Source: Callorhinchus milii (lineage: Eukaryota). Taken from it: a stretch of 64,000 bases of DNA. The notes under the pieces were generated by a model. The model ran no database searches. It had not been told where the DNA came from and saw only the letters and a list, made by a program, of their open reading frames with translations. The stretch is from positions 99,078,001 to 99,142,000 of the forward strand of contig NW_024704743.1 in assembly GCF_018977255.1 (NCBI RefSeq), in the 5' to 3' direction. The translations under genes were made by a program, and so were the position numbers. Positions 22,887 through 35,559 of this stretch are shown here, piece after piece. How positions within the stretch are numbered: the stretch's first letter is position 1; each line of letters opens with the position of its first letter.

Positions 22887-25536
22887 CTTCAATAGTAATT
22901 ACTGTCAAAGGTAGTGACTGATTTTGTATCCATTTACACTAGCAAGTTCTCACTCATTATCATACTCATGTAAATGACCAATTAATCTCGAGGATTATTG
23001 GCCATGATACCAGAACAAACTCTCTTATCTTGAAAAGCAGTGTCAGAAATTTTAACACCCATTGAAGAACAGGCAGATGGTGTAACATCTCACTTGAAGG
23101 AAGGCATTTCAGACAATGCATCATATAATTTGCATCAGTGGCACAAATTACCACCGAATTGATAACAATATTTGCTATTATTTAACTGTAACAAAGTATG
23201 TATATTTGAAGTTAGGGATCAATCATTCCTTGTTTTGCTTGTGCATTTCTTTTATTGGAGGATTTTACCTGCTGATTGTTACCACATCTTAAAGATCATT
23301 ACTGTTTATCCATACATAATAACTCCACTGTGTCATGTAATTTTATAAAAGGGAATAATCCAGGATGGCGAAACTGTACTATTTGGTCCCTGCCACCAGA
23401 GGCCCACAGTGAACTAGGAATTTGCAGAGCTTCCTCAATGGTCAAAAAGTGAATCATACTCTTGTACTCTTACTCTCTTTGCAGTTCTTAAATCTCATAG
23501 AAACAGTCCTTGCTCTTAAATATAAGAACAATTTATGGATTATTCTCCAAAGGATTGTACCTTTATGGATCTTGGCAGCGTGAATTCATCATGGTATTCA
23601 CTGTATATATCTGTAAATTTACAGATCAGCTGAAGGACAATTTAAGCCCCCCAATGTTAGACTGATTGTACCTTTGCCCAGTGTCTACATTGCACCTTTT
23701 AATGGGGGTCACTGGAAAGCAATCAGGATTGGGAACTCAAGTTGATTTTTTGCTGCGTAGCTTAAATTGTCCTGAAGATAAATGTAGCTGGCTTCCTGCA
23801 TCCTGTCTGAGATCAACGAACGCAGCACAAACTATGGATTGAATTACTGTGCTCTGTCTCTTGAACCATTAGATTGCCTGATGTATATCTGCATTACTGA
23901 ATGCAAGGTGAGACTCAGGAGTATCATCTTCTTCAGAGTCACTTGTCATTGCCTCCAGGAAAATGTAACAATAACCTAAGTACTGTGTATGATTATTTAG
24001 GACGTTGCATCCAGCAAAAATCTTGTGGCAGAATGTCAAATCTACACTGATTTTTGGAGGCACTTTGGACCTTCCTGCCATGTCTGTTTGGATACTTAGA
24101 CATGTGACTCAAGCTATCACTGGGACCAACACAACTTTTGTTAACTATTAACAGATCAGTATGGGCCATAACTGTATAGGCATCATTTAAAATTAGTTGT
24201 CTTTCTTGCCTGAAAAATGCATGGGAGAGTGTAAGTGAGAGGCATTAGTGGGATACTTGAGGAACCCAAGAAACAAACAATTGCAAAACCAAGGACAATT
24301 CAATAATAATAATAATCCTTGCATTTGATATAGCGCTTTTCACGTCTTCTAGACGGCTCAAAGAGCTACACAGAATATACTGAAAAGTGAATTGACTGTA
24401 TATTTTGTTGGCTGAAACATGGCAGCCAATTGTGCACAACAGCGTCCCACAAACAGTTGTGGATTGAGTGACCAATTTATTATTGTTTTTTTTGAGAGTG
24501 CTTATAGCAGGTGCAACACCTAAAAAAAAAGCTTGTGGCACCAAGGCTGCAGCAATACAGCTTTGATTCCTTTCTTGGCTGTATGCCACAAAAGAAATGC
24601 ACCATGAAAAACGGTGGGGAGGGAGAGAATGGAGCAGAGATTTTCATCATGTGAAAATGCTAATAAACATCTCATAGCACAGAACACGTGTCGTTTTGTT
24701 GAAACTTGCATTAAATGCTGTACTCTGTCCAGCGCCTTGGAACATCCTCCCGATGTGAAAAGCACTATACAAATGTAATCTTGTTGTTGTTATTGTAAAT
24801 AAAATATAGTCCAATATGTAAAACTATTGGAGAATCAGCCAAAATGTTTGCTTACTCTGGAAAAAAGAGACTGCTTAGAGAGGCAAATAATTTTATATAT
24901 GAATCACGGAACTTAAGAGTTGTTTTTTTAAAAGAATCTTATGATAACTATCTTATAGTGATGTGTCTTGGGCACGAATATTTATTTTTATTTTAAACTA
25001 TTTTTCATCATGTTTAAAGATCACTGGAAGCACAGAAATAAAGTTTTAATACCTACCTTCTGTATTATCACAACACTAAAGGTAGATATTATATTTGAAT
25101 CGCCAATTGTCCGTAATGACCCAAAAAAAAAGATGCTGGTTTGGAGATAACAGTGCTATTACAGTCTAGGAAGTTCAAAAACTCTGTGTATCGGAGCCTA
25201 TGTCTGTCCATGTCAGTCAGTGACACAAAGACACTGACTAACAGGGATAGACAGAGGCTCCAATAGATACAGAGAAGCCCAAAGATTTTTTTTAGTTTTT
25301 TAAAATTGGTTGCTGCTTGTGATGATGCTGGCATGGGGATACTGACATCATTACAGACAGCGGGAAATTCAAACACTGCATATGTGAAACATACATGAAT
25401 ATAGAAGTTGATCAAGTTGTAGATAAATTTTTCAGTAAACACCCAAGTAGGCTGTTTTGATCCTCATTGTGAATCTGCTATGAATATGTTCAGCAAATAC
25501 TTTGTGTATATACAATACAATACAAAATTACGTTTA

Positions 25537-25808
25537 TAATAATAATCCTTGCATTTGATATAGCGCTTTTCACGTCAGGAGGACGTCCCAAAGCGCTTCA
25601 CAGAACACACTGTAAAGTGAATTGACTGTATATTTGTGGGCGAACGCGGCAGCCAATTGCGCACAGCAGTGTCCCACAAACAGTCGTAGATTGAAAATGA
25701 CCAATTTAATTATTGTTTTTGGTTTTTTGGAGGGATTATTATTAGGCGTGTGGAGTAAGGAAACTTGCCCAAGGTTTCGCCCTGCCTGGAATTGAACTCA
25801 GGTCTCTG
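25537..25808 (-). mobile_element. SINE of the same family, lacking the A-box end
   Basis: Near-identical to the 28557 copy. Confidence 0.88.
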
Positions 25809-27740
25809 AGGTTTGGGCAGTACCTTTCACATCTGGAGGATGTCCCAAGTCACTGGACAGCTAGGGATTTGGATCCGAGCAGTGGGGGGGTTGGAGTAAT
25901 GGAGGGTGGAGGGCAGGGAGGGTGGGCTCCCTGTTTATATACTTTTTTAAGTTTTTAGATGTGAAATATAGTTTAACATTTTTTAACATTTTGCTCGTTT
26001 TTAATTTTTTTTACGTCTCTTAACATTTTTAATACTTTGTTATCAATTCACTTATGTAATAAATGGTGTTGGGCAGGTGAAATCCTATTTTTCCCCCTGG
26101 TCTTGGGGCACTGTCTTTCAACAGGTTGGGGGCAAGATATGTTCTTTGCAAATGCCATTAGAAAGTACTTTGAACCTCTGAATATTTTAATACCATTTTA
26201 GCTCTTGAATTCAGACAAGGTGACTTGCTTTGACTTGGCATAGATGAAGTTTTGAACTTTACTCATAAGATTAATAAAACCCATGTGGAGATTGCAGGTT
26301 ATACATAATTTTATATATAGAGATTACAGATTACACATCATTTTATTATAGCATAGAAATCAGATGAGACATACCAACAGTTCATTGCTCACTGTGAGTC
26401 CCTCTCTCATTCTCCTGTATTCTATGGTGAAATAAATCTTAATATGACCAAACATCCAATGATATTAACACTTTTGTTTGCTGCTGCCATTGTATTGCCT
26501 TTCACTCATTCTCTCATTCCTGTTTTTTTTGCTTCACTTCTGTTTTTGTCTCTGTCTGATTTTTTCTGTATAACAATAATCCTTGCATTTGGTTTGGTAC
26601 TTTTCAAGTCAGAAAGCTGTCCCAAAGCTTCATAGGAGATACTGTAAAGTGTAGTGACTGCATGTTTTTTGGGCAAATGCAGCAGCCACTTTTGCACACA
26701 GCAACTACCTGCAAACAGACGTGAAATGAACGACCAATTTTTTTTGAGGGATTGTTGGCCAGGACATCAGGAGAAACTGCCTTCTCTTTCGAGTAGTCCT
26801 ATGGGATCTTTAACATTCAGCTGAACAAGGCAGCCATTTATTTAATGTCTTATCCAAAGGTTGGCACTCCAAAAATGCAGCACAATGCACAGCATTGCAT
26901 TGGATTGTCAGCTAAAACAATACGAGTTCCAAGTCCTGACGTGGTGCTTGAACCCACAATTTTCTGACTCAGAGGCAATTGTTCTGTTAACTGAGCCAAA
27001 CTGACACAGTTGCCAGATTAATAAAGAAAAAATTCTCTTTGCACTATGTTCCAAAAAGCACATATCGTTTCTGTCACCTCTAACGTGTACACCAACCCAG
27101 TAACATTCTATCAGTCCTTTTTTAAGTACTTACCCTTCATGTTCTTCAGAAAGTACAATATTACAATCATTAATTTTTACACTAAAGTGTTTCATAAGAA
27201 TACTAGAAGAGGTCCTGCCATTCAGGAGAAACCAATAATGATAAAACCTCAAATCTTTGAATACCAGAAGTTGTGGACAAGGGGGACTCAGTTGATGTCA
27301 TATATTTATGTTTCAGCAAAGAGTTTAACATCCTTTCAAACAGAAATTGATCCACTTGATGGGAAAATATAACATAGTGGAGTTTCTGAATTGCATAGAA
27401 CACAGAAAGGAATAGGGTGTTGTACCTGGAGCTGCATTGATATGGAAGAGGTAGCACCTTTCACGTGAGATAGCGTCTCAGAGTATTTAGACGAGACATG
27501 AATATAATAATAATCCTTGCATATGATATAGCACTTTATCACGTTGGAAGGACATCTCAAAGCGCTTCATAGGGTTTACTGGAAATGGAGTGACTGTGTA
27601 TTTGTAGGTGAATGGTTCGGAATATGGGCAGAAACCAATCTAACAACCAAACTGGGGCGTTGCAAATGACGGAACATGCTGATTTTCATCCTAATTACCC
27701 TCATTATCATCATACTTTCTCCATCAATAAGGATGATTGT

Positions 27741-28107
27741 GGAATCCTGTAGCTCAGTGGTTAGAGCACTCGCCTTGCAAGCGAGATACCTGGCACAGCG
27801 AAACCTCAGGCAAGTTTCCTTACTCCGCACACCTAATAATAATCCCTCCAAAAATAAATAAATAAATAAATTGTTCATTTTCAATCCACGACTGTTTGTG
27901 CGACACTGCTGTGCGCAATTGGCTGCTGCGTTCGCCCACAAATTCACTTTACAGTGTTCTGTGAAGCGCTTTGGGACGTCCTCCCGACGTGAAAAGCGCT
28001 ATATCAAATGCGAGGATTATTATTATTATTATTCTGTGAAATGCTTTGAGACGTCGAGAAGATGTGAAAAGTGCTATATCAAATGCAAGAATTATTTATT
28101 ATTATTA
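27741..28107 (+). mobile_element. SINE with B-box deletion and two tandem 3' tails
   Basis: Head at 27741, first tail ends about 28033, second tail 28034-28107. Confidence 0.85.
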
Positions 28108-28556
28108 TGGTCTTTGATGAGCCAACTGGAAGCATGATCAGAATAGCCTGAGCTGTGTTATTGAAATTAATCACTTTAGAAGTTTGACCACAATGAGGAC
28201 TTAGAAGGATGTCTGTCCTTATAGTCAAGATGTTTGCATTGGTTATGAAGAATGAGCAGGAGTGGTGCTGCCACTAGTAGTAATTTACCTCTCATTCACA
28301 GACATACTAAGAACTACTGGTCAACTGAGTGGATCAGTTGACCTGATCCGTGGCATCACTACTGCTCATTTTGCTTTGTGTTACTGACAGCACCGATATA
28401 TGAAAACTGGTAGCATCTCTGATACTAATGGAAAACTGGCACTGCCTCGATTATAGCTTAGTTTTCCTTCTGTTCTGGGATGGGATCCCATAACAGGTGG
28501 CATTACATTTTTAAAAAAAAGAAATTCTACTCACTGAACACGAAACATTTCAACTT

Positions 28557-28868
28557 AATAATAATAATCCTTGCATTTGATAGAGCGCTTTTCACGTCGG
28601 GAGGACGTCCCAAAGCGCTTCACAGAACACACTGTAAAGTGAATTGACTGTATATCTGTGGGCGAACGCGGCAGCCAATTGCGCACAGCAATGTCCCACA
28701 AACAGTCATAGATTGAAAATGACCAATTTATTATTGTTTATGGTTTTGGAGGGATTATTATTAGATGTGTGGAGTAAGGAAACTTGCCCAAGGTTTCACC
28801 CTGTCTGGAATTGAACTCAGGTCTCTCGCTTGCAAAGTGAGTGCTCTAACCACTGAGCTACAGGACTC
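28557..28868 (-). mobile_element. Full-length tRNA-derived SINE
   Basis: A box TAGCTCAGTGG, B box GAGTTCAATTCC, tail GGGACGTCCTCCCGACGTGAAAAGCGCT and (TTA)n. Confidence 0.9.
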
Positions 28869-29012
28869 GACTTGTGTCTTCTCGCTGGGAAGTTCAGCGG
28901 TTCTACTGTTGTAGGTAATGCACCACTCAGTAGAAAATGTGAATGCAGTATATGTATAACGCCAATGACAAATTAGTTACAAAATACACAAAGTTCAGTT
29001 GGTTTAGAAAAT

Positions 29013-29018
29013 TTTATT
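29013..29018 (-). promoter_or_regulatory. Candidate ABHD3 polyadenylation signal AATAAA
   Basis: Lies at the end of a repeat-free, AU-rich stretch of about 1.17 kb after the stop codon. Confidence 0.5.
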
Positions 29019-30186
29019 TTTTTTCGTAAATATATAGCTTAAAATGTATTCTAGTTGTTCAAGAGATTTCCCAGAAAAAAAATGCATTTACATTTTGTAA
29101 TATATGACACTGATGTGTCTGTCAGACTTATGCTGGATCATTTATATTATAAACACTGTACAAAGGCTGGAAGAATCCAGTTAATAGTAGACCGTATGAC
29201 AAGATAACTACAGCATGTAGTGTAATGGACTGCCAACTCAATAGCACCAGCTGTAAAAACTAGTTTGGCATAAAATATATTGCTTATACTGAGAAAGATG
29301 AGGTCCCACAACTACAGTCTAATTCAGAATGACTTTCTCTTAATGTAAGTATGATATTGGTTTCTGCTTTGGTTTTAAGCACGTAAAGAATAGACCTCTT
29401 GTTCCAGTCCGTATGGATGAATATTCTAAAAAGAAAGTTTTCCAGTCCAGTCCCAAATAATATTACATTTCAGCATTACATTGTTACATTCATTTTATGG
29501 CAAGATTTTTTGTTGTAGCAGCATCTCTGCATTCTTCTCCATTAAATATTGCATTTATAATAGTTATCCATATGTTGCATTGTTACTTTTTTGAAAACAT
29601 ATAGGTAACCAAACTGCAGACAATTATAATGACAGTACCAATATTAGAGGCAAAGTGCAACAGAAGAAATATTAAATTTGGCTAATTGATAAATTGTGTG
29701 CAAATGCATTCTTTTCTGATCTGTAACACTTTCAATGAGCAAAAGACTGAATTAATACTGCTGGCCCATTTCAAATAAAAGCCCTGAGGTTATCAATCTC
29801 CTGTTGCTACTTTTGTAATTTTAATATTTTAGTGCAAATCCGGTAAGCAGAATTTAATAATTGTGATTAAAAAGGAGATGAACCAGTAATTAAAAGTTAC
29901 GAATATAAAATTAAAACTTGAATGTTTTTACTTAAAAAACAACCAACAATCATAAAAAAAATGCAAAAACATAAACTCAGATATAATCAAAGTGCAATAT
30001 TTTTGGCTATCTGTCATTCAACCTTTTGTTAAATTATGGACAATTTCAAGTAAAGAGCAGTGCGGCATTTTAAATATATATTATGAGTAAATGCATAGTT
30101 TGCAATGTGCTTAAGTCAAGATTTGGATTAGCTTTAACAGTAAAATTAGTGTGCAAAAGAGTAGAATGAATAGATCCGAAGAAGAG

Positions 30187-30365
30187 TTACATTGCTCTCA
30201 GTTCATCTCCATGCTCAATGACAGCTTGTACAAATTGTTTGAAGACTCTGTCCATGTAAGTTGTTTGTCGAGGAAATATCCCTTCTAAGAAGCCAATGTG
30301 TCCTCCATGTGAAGTAAGCAACAATGAGACATAAGGGCTTTGTTTTGCAGATTCCTTAGGTATGG
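30187..30365 (-). CDS. ABHD3: ABHD3 last coding exon (...GGHIGFLEG...HGDELRAM*), catalytic His
   Basis: GGHIGF motif, TAA stop. Confidence 0.95.
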
Positions 30366-30544
30366 CTGGAAAAAATATAAAATTTCCATTCAATGTGAAG
30401 TTGTTATCGACAAACTAATCAAATGTTAGGTTATGTAGGAAGAACGTTGAACTGAAAGCCAGAAGAGGTTATTTTGACTTTGTGCAGATCTCTAGTGAGC
30501 CTTTGCTTGGAACATTATTTGTTGTTTTGAGCGCCGTGCATTTA

Positions 30545-31918
30545 AAACAACAACAACAAGATTCCATTTATAGAGAGCCTTTCACGTCGGGAGAACGTCC
30601 CAAGGCGTTGTACAGTTGGGTCAGGACCTGAGCAGGGGGGAAATGGTCAGGGTGAGGGGAGGGAAGGGAGGGGGCGAGGAGGGGGTAGAGAGTCGAGAGG
30701 GGAGGTGAAGGCACGGTTAAAGAGAAAGGTCTTGAGACCGGCCTTGAAGGAGGAAAGGGAGGAGGCGGCGAAGGCACTGGGGGATAGAGTTCCAGAGCCT
30801 AGGGGCTGAGAGGCTGAAGGCCCGGCCACCGATGGTAGGGCGGTTGGGGCGGGGGATGTGGAGCAGACCGGAGCCAGAGGAACGGAGGGTACGGGCAGGT
30901 AAGTAGGGGGATAGTAGGTCGGAGAGGTAGGAGGGAGTAAGGCCGTGAATGGCCTTGTAGGTGAGGATGAGGATCTTGGAATCGATCCTCTGGGGGATGG
31001 GGAGCCAGTGGAGGCGAGCGAGGGTGGGAGTGATGTGGTCCCGAAGTCTGGTGCGGGACAGTACATGAGCTGCAGAGATCTGAATGACCTGCAGCTTGTG
31101 GAGAGAGGTGCCGGGAAGGCCGGCGAGGAGAGAGTTCCCATAGTCCAGCCTTGAGGTGATAAAGGCGTGGACCAGAGTTTCAGCAGCGTGAGGGGTGAGG
31201 TAGTGCCGTAGTCTGGCGATGTTCCGGAGGTGATGGAAGGCGGTGCCAGTTGTGGCGCGGATATGAGGGAGAAAGGACAGCTCAGGGTCGAACAGAACCC
31301 CGAGGTTCCTGATGGCTTTGAGAGGTGGAGAGTGCAGCCTTGGATGCTGATGCTGTCAGCGCCTGAGGTGCGGAGGCGCTGACGTGAGCCAATCAGGAGG
31401 GCCTCAGTTTTACGCACGTTGAGCTGAAGAAAGTTGTCTCTCGTCCAGGACTCGATGTCGGACAGGCAGGCTGTCAGGACATCGGTGGTCGTGGAGTTGA
31501 GGGTAGAGGAGGAAAGGTAGAGTTGGGTGTCATCCGCATACATGTGGAAGTTAATCCCATGTCTGCGGATGATGTCACCAAGGGGGAGCATATAGAGGGT
31601 GAAGAGGGGACCAAGGACAGAGCCCTGAGGGACGACGCACAAGACAGTGCGGGGGTGGAGGAAAAACCATTTGTGGAAACAAAGTGAAGTCGGTGGGAGA
31701 GGTTCGACCTAAAACACTCAAGGACAGGGCCTTGAAGGTTGAGGTGGGAGGACAAGAGGTGGAGGAGGATAGCGTGGTCGACGTATCGAATGCTGCCGAT
31801 AGGTCGAGGACCAGGAGGTAGAGGGAGCCCTGGTCACAGATGGTCAGGATGTCATTGGTGACCTTGACCAGGGCAGTTTCTGTGCTATGGGCAGCACGGA
31901 AACCCGACTGAAGGGTTT
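30545..31918 (-). mobile_element. L2 LINE, 5'-truncated (RT C-terminal half plus 3' tail), frameshifted
   Basis: [31 protein letters not shown] and YADD RT motifs. Stem-loop tail followed by (TTG)n. Confidence 0.92.
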
Positions 31919-32399
31919 GCATTGGAGAGAGTTGAGAGAATGATGGCTTGGGGGAATCATTATTCAATGTTATGAGATACTTCCAAGGCTGTATATGTCA
32001 AAGGGGGAATCCTGCCAATACATAATATCAGTTAGCTCATGGGAACTTTCCCTATGGTGCTTTGAAGCAGGAATCTCACAATTTGGCAAGTTACCAACAG
32101 ACTTCCCTATTCTATCAGTGAATCCCATTGGGAACCATCATCCAGCAGTGGTGGTTGAAGCAGAATCCATATTAACTTTCAAAAAGGGACTCGATAACTA
32201 CCTAAAAAGCAGTACAGGGACTTGGGGAAAAGCGGTAAATAGGACTGAATGGATTGCTCTTTAAAGATCCAGGACAGACACAATGGGCTGTTTGAAATCA
32301 GTCTATTTTAAACAATGCTGGTTGTGCATCTCATGGTATAAAATTGTGTTTGCAAATCGCAAGTCATAACTAACGCAGTGAACCCCCAACCCCCAAAGA

Positions 32400-32845
32400 A
32401 TTTCACTGGCTCTCCATTCCCCAGAGGATCACGTTTCGAATCCTTGTCCTCACCTTCAAAGCACTTCCACGGTCTGGTTCCGCTCTACCTCTGTGTCCTC
32501 CTAAAACCCCGCCAACCTGTCCACTCCCTCCACTTGTTGGATACTGGCTTGCTCCCCGTCCTCCGTTCTGCCAGTCCCGCTATTGGAGGTCAGGTGTTTC
32601 GCTTTGCTGCGCCCACCTTCTAAAAATCCAGCCTTCCATCTTGCCTCTCCCTTGTCTCCTTCAAGGTCCATCTCAAGTCCTTCCTGTTTGACCGTGCCTT
32701 TGGTCATCTTCCCATCACCACCACCCTTGCCTTCCACCCTTCCTAACTCTAGCCCACAGCTCGGGTGTAAACGCTTCACTGTCTAGTGCCTTGGAACGTC
32801 CTCCCGATATGACAAGCACCATATAAATGTAATTTGGTGTTGTTG
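32400..32845 (+). mobile_element. L2 LINE 3' end (older)
   Basis: Degenerate copy of the L2 C-terminus and tail. Confidence 0.8.
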
Positions 32846-33174
32846 AATACAGAGAAAAATATCCTATTTTCTAATGTGTAAATATTTTCTTATCATATTT
32901 CATCTCTACTCCTCCGTACTATCTTCCTTGATCAAATCTGTTCAGATCTCAATTCAAGCTGTCAATAGAGATCTCTGGATGACTTGTCTGGACACGTGCA
33001 TTAAAGTGATGATCATCCTACTCTCCCTGCCTCTTTCCTTCCAGTTTTCCATCTGTTACTTAGACTGAGGTGAAATTGTGTTTAAAAATGAATCATAACA
33101 AAAATTTGAACTTTGTTTACAACTGCTACAACCTAACACTGTAGTGTTACATAGCTACATTGCCATACACTTAC

Positions 33175-33340
33175 CGTGACTTGGTGAAAAAACATCATCT
33201 AAAGCATTTAAGCACAACACAGGAACTTCGATGGATTTCAGTTTGTGACAAGGGCTGGCGTCTTTGTAGTAATCACTATTGCTAGGGTAACCAAACATGA
33301 CTGACGTAAGCCTTTCATCAAATTCTCGTATAGATTTTGC
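33175..33340 (-). CDS. ABHD3: ABHD3 exon ([18 protein letters not shown]...[16 protein letters not shown]), catalytic Asp region
   Basis: 166 nt, SIREFD and NxxDD motifs. Confidence 0.95.
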
Positions 33341-33452
33341 CTAGGATGAAAAAATATATACATATGGCTTATTTTTTTCTGTACACAACATACTCACAAA
33401 CGTACTGGTGCATTATTCTCTGAATTTTACAGATAGCGAGGAAGACACCTAC

Positions 33453-33501
33453 CTTCAGGACATAATCAAGGTTAAATAATTTCTCCAAGACTTGCTTGTG
33501 T
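33453..33501 (-). CDS. ABHD3: ABHD3 small exon (HKQVLEKLFNLDYVLK)
   Basis: 49 nt, phase-compatible, acceptor ttatag, donor gtaggt. Confidence 0.9.
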
Positions 33502-34909
33502 CTATAACGTAAAAACAGTAAATCTTTTGAAACACAAAACAGCTGAGTTATACCTAGAAACAGAAATCTATAGCACTGAAGCCTGCATTAACTCACACAG
33601 CAAGGATTTTGCTTTAATTTCACAACCCTTTCTTATTCCCATACCCCTTCAAGTCCCTCCCTTTCATATACTGTTGTGGAATATTGCAATTTACCTCAGT
33701 GCCCTGGAGGAGGGAGGGGAAAAACAATTGCTAAGGTTTTTACTGCTGATCGGTATCCGGAGATCTACTTGCTATAAATACACAGGACGAGGAATCCTAC
33801 AATCAAATGGCCTTCAAGATATCCTCTTGTATGAAGAGTGCACAATTGTATAAATCACTGATGCCAGTGTCAATGACACTGTCCTCTAGTAAGCATCATC
33901 AACTTCAAGTGGAAGCTTTGTTGCTATGGTCAGGGAACATTCAATTAAAATTCTGTTACTCCTTTAAGTGGCACACCCTCACTGCGCAATATAGACAAGA
34001 CCATAAAAGGTATGAAATTAGATCATTTTACATTAGAGTCCGGATATTACTCATTATTCCATTTAGAATAGAAATCAAAAGTATTAGATATTATGTGCAA
34101 TGCTAGAAAGTTGAAGCAATTATTCTGACAAGCTTGTTAAATAATATTAGGTTGTTTGAGATGGTAAAAATGTTTATTTCGCGATCACATTGGTTTATTT
34201 ATTTGTGCTTCCATGGGCTTGAAAGAGCTGAGCCAAATATTTGATACCATCAATAATCCTTTCATGTGAATTAAGGACTTCTAAGGAGGAATTAATCTTG
34301 TAGTAGTTTGACAACCACTGAAATCGAGTACTTAAAATACATAGAACTATTAAATTTAATAACACAGTAAATCAAAGAAATGCATTTATAGTCTACCTGT
34401 AGCTTGTCTACGTCAAATGGGGTCATATTGAAAGGGCGATTGCACTCATTTGCGAGGCTATCAGAACAAATAATTCTGAAATTCAGTTCAAATCCTCTGA
34501 ATGATATAATTTCTAAGGCATCAATAAGCTACTGGCCCATGGAGGCAATAATGTATCACCAATGTATGGTAGACTCAAATAATTGTAGCTGAACCCTTAA
34601 AAAATGAATGCATTTGTTCTATTTTTACAGAAGATAGCTTGCTATCTAAACTAGCGCACAGTATAATCCATCTAAAGGTCATCCATCCTATCAAGAGTTT
34701 AAAATCTATGCAAGTTTGACAAAACTCAAGACTTCGAATAAGTCATATTAAATGTATGGTCCCAACAGATACTACTTATGTGAGGTTTCTATTCAAAATG
34801 ACAATAAAAAAAGTTTTAACAGCATGAAAAACAAGTCCACTGCAATCTTGGAAAGCTGCTGCGATTAGTCACAGTGATATTAAGCCCTCCTCGCTCCTCA
34901 GATACCAAC

Positions 34910-35083
34910 CTGCTGATGGAAGCCCGCAGACAAGTAGTTAAATAGTAATTAAACAATATCCAGTTAAGTGGTTTTTCAAGAGAAGCCGTACACTCAAACA
35001 CATCCCAGCCAACGGAGAAGACTACAGCTGCCTTCAGTGGAGTCTCCCTGCCGATCTTCCCCAGGTAATTCAACAGGAGCATC
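34910..35083 (-). CDS. ABHD3: ABHD3 exon (MLLLNYLGK...LEKPLNWILFNYYLTTCLRASIS)
   Basis: 174 nt, strong similarity to ABHD3. Confidence 0.95.
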
Positions 35084-35401
35084 CTGTAGCGGGTACGAGC
35101 AAAATGTTGTCAGAAATAATGAGGTGCTTATTAAGTTGCCTTAACAATTAATTATCATAATACCTAAACTTTACTTAATGCACTGGAATCATATTTCAAT
35201 TGTGTAGAATAAAAAAGCTAGTCATTATAGTGACCCTTATTATGTCTCTCACTATTAAATTCTACATTTTATTGCAGTGAAAAATATGGTTCCCAATTTC
35301 TCCTCCTTGGCACAAATTATTTTGTTTTGTGCTATTGCAAAATAAAATGTATTTCTTTAAAAAAAGGCCTGACATTTTGAAATTTAGCCTTAACCTATCT
35401 A

Positions 35402-35511
35402 CAGGGTGACCAAAAAGCGTGATATCTACCCTATTATCTAAAAAAAACCAAAATATTATTTCTTTGAGACTTAAGACATTATGATGGTATTATGTCGTTT
35501 TGGTCACCCTG
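35402..35511. mobile_element. MITE-like element (110 bp)
   Basis: Perfect 14-bp TIR CAGGGTGACCAAAA / TTTTGGTCACCCTG. Flanks are TA (left) and CA (right). Confidence 0.65.
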
Positions 35512-35559
35512 CATAAGACAAAATGATCTTACAGACTAAGATGAAGTGAAATGTTGGTC

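Noticed and set aside
23869..24081. ORF with an acidic patch (MTSDSEEDDTPE) in the ESCO1-ABHD3 intergenic region
   Set aside because: No recognisable homology, partner exons or promoter, and it is not SNRPD1.
28800..28868. tRNA-Ala(TGC)-like sequence with A and B boxes (also near 12010-12078, 27741 and 59470)
   Set aside because: It is the head of a multi-copy SINE. There is no complete acceptor stem and it continues into the SINE body.
30647..31967. RT-containing ORFs (here and 46693-47628) as host genes or active retroelements
   Set aside because: 5'-truncated, frameshifted L2 copies lacking the endonuclease domain and ORF1.
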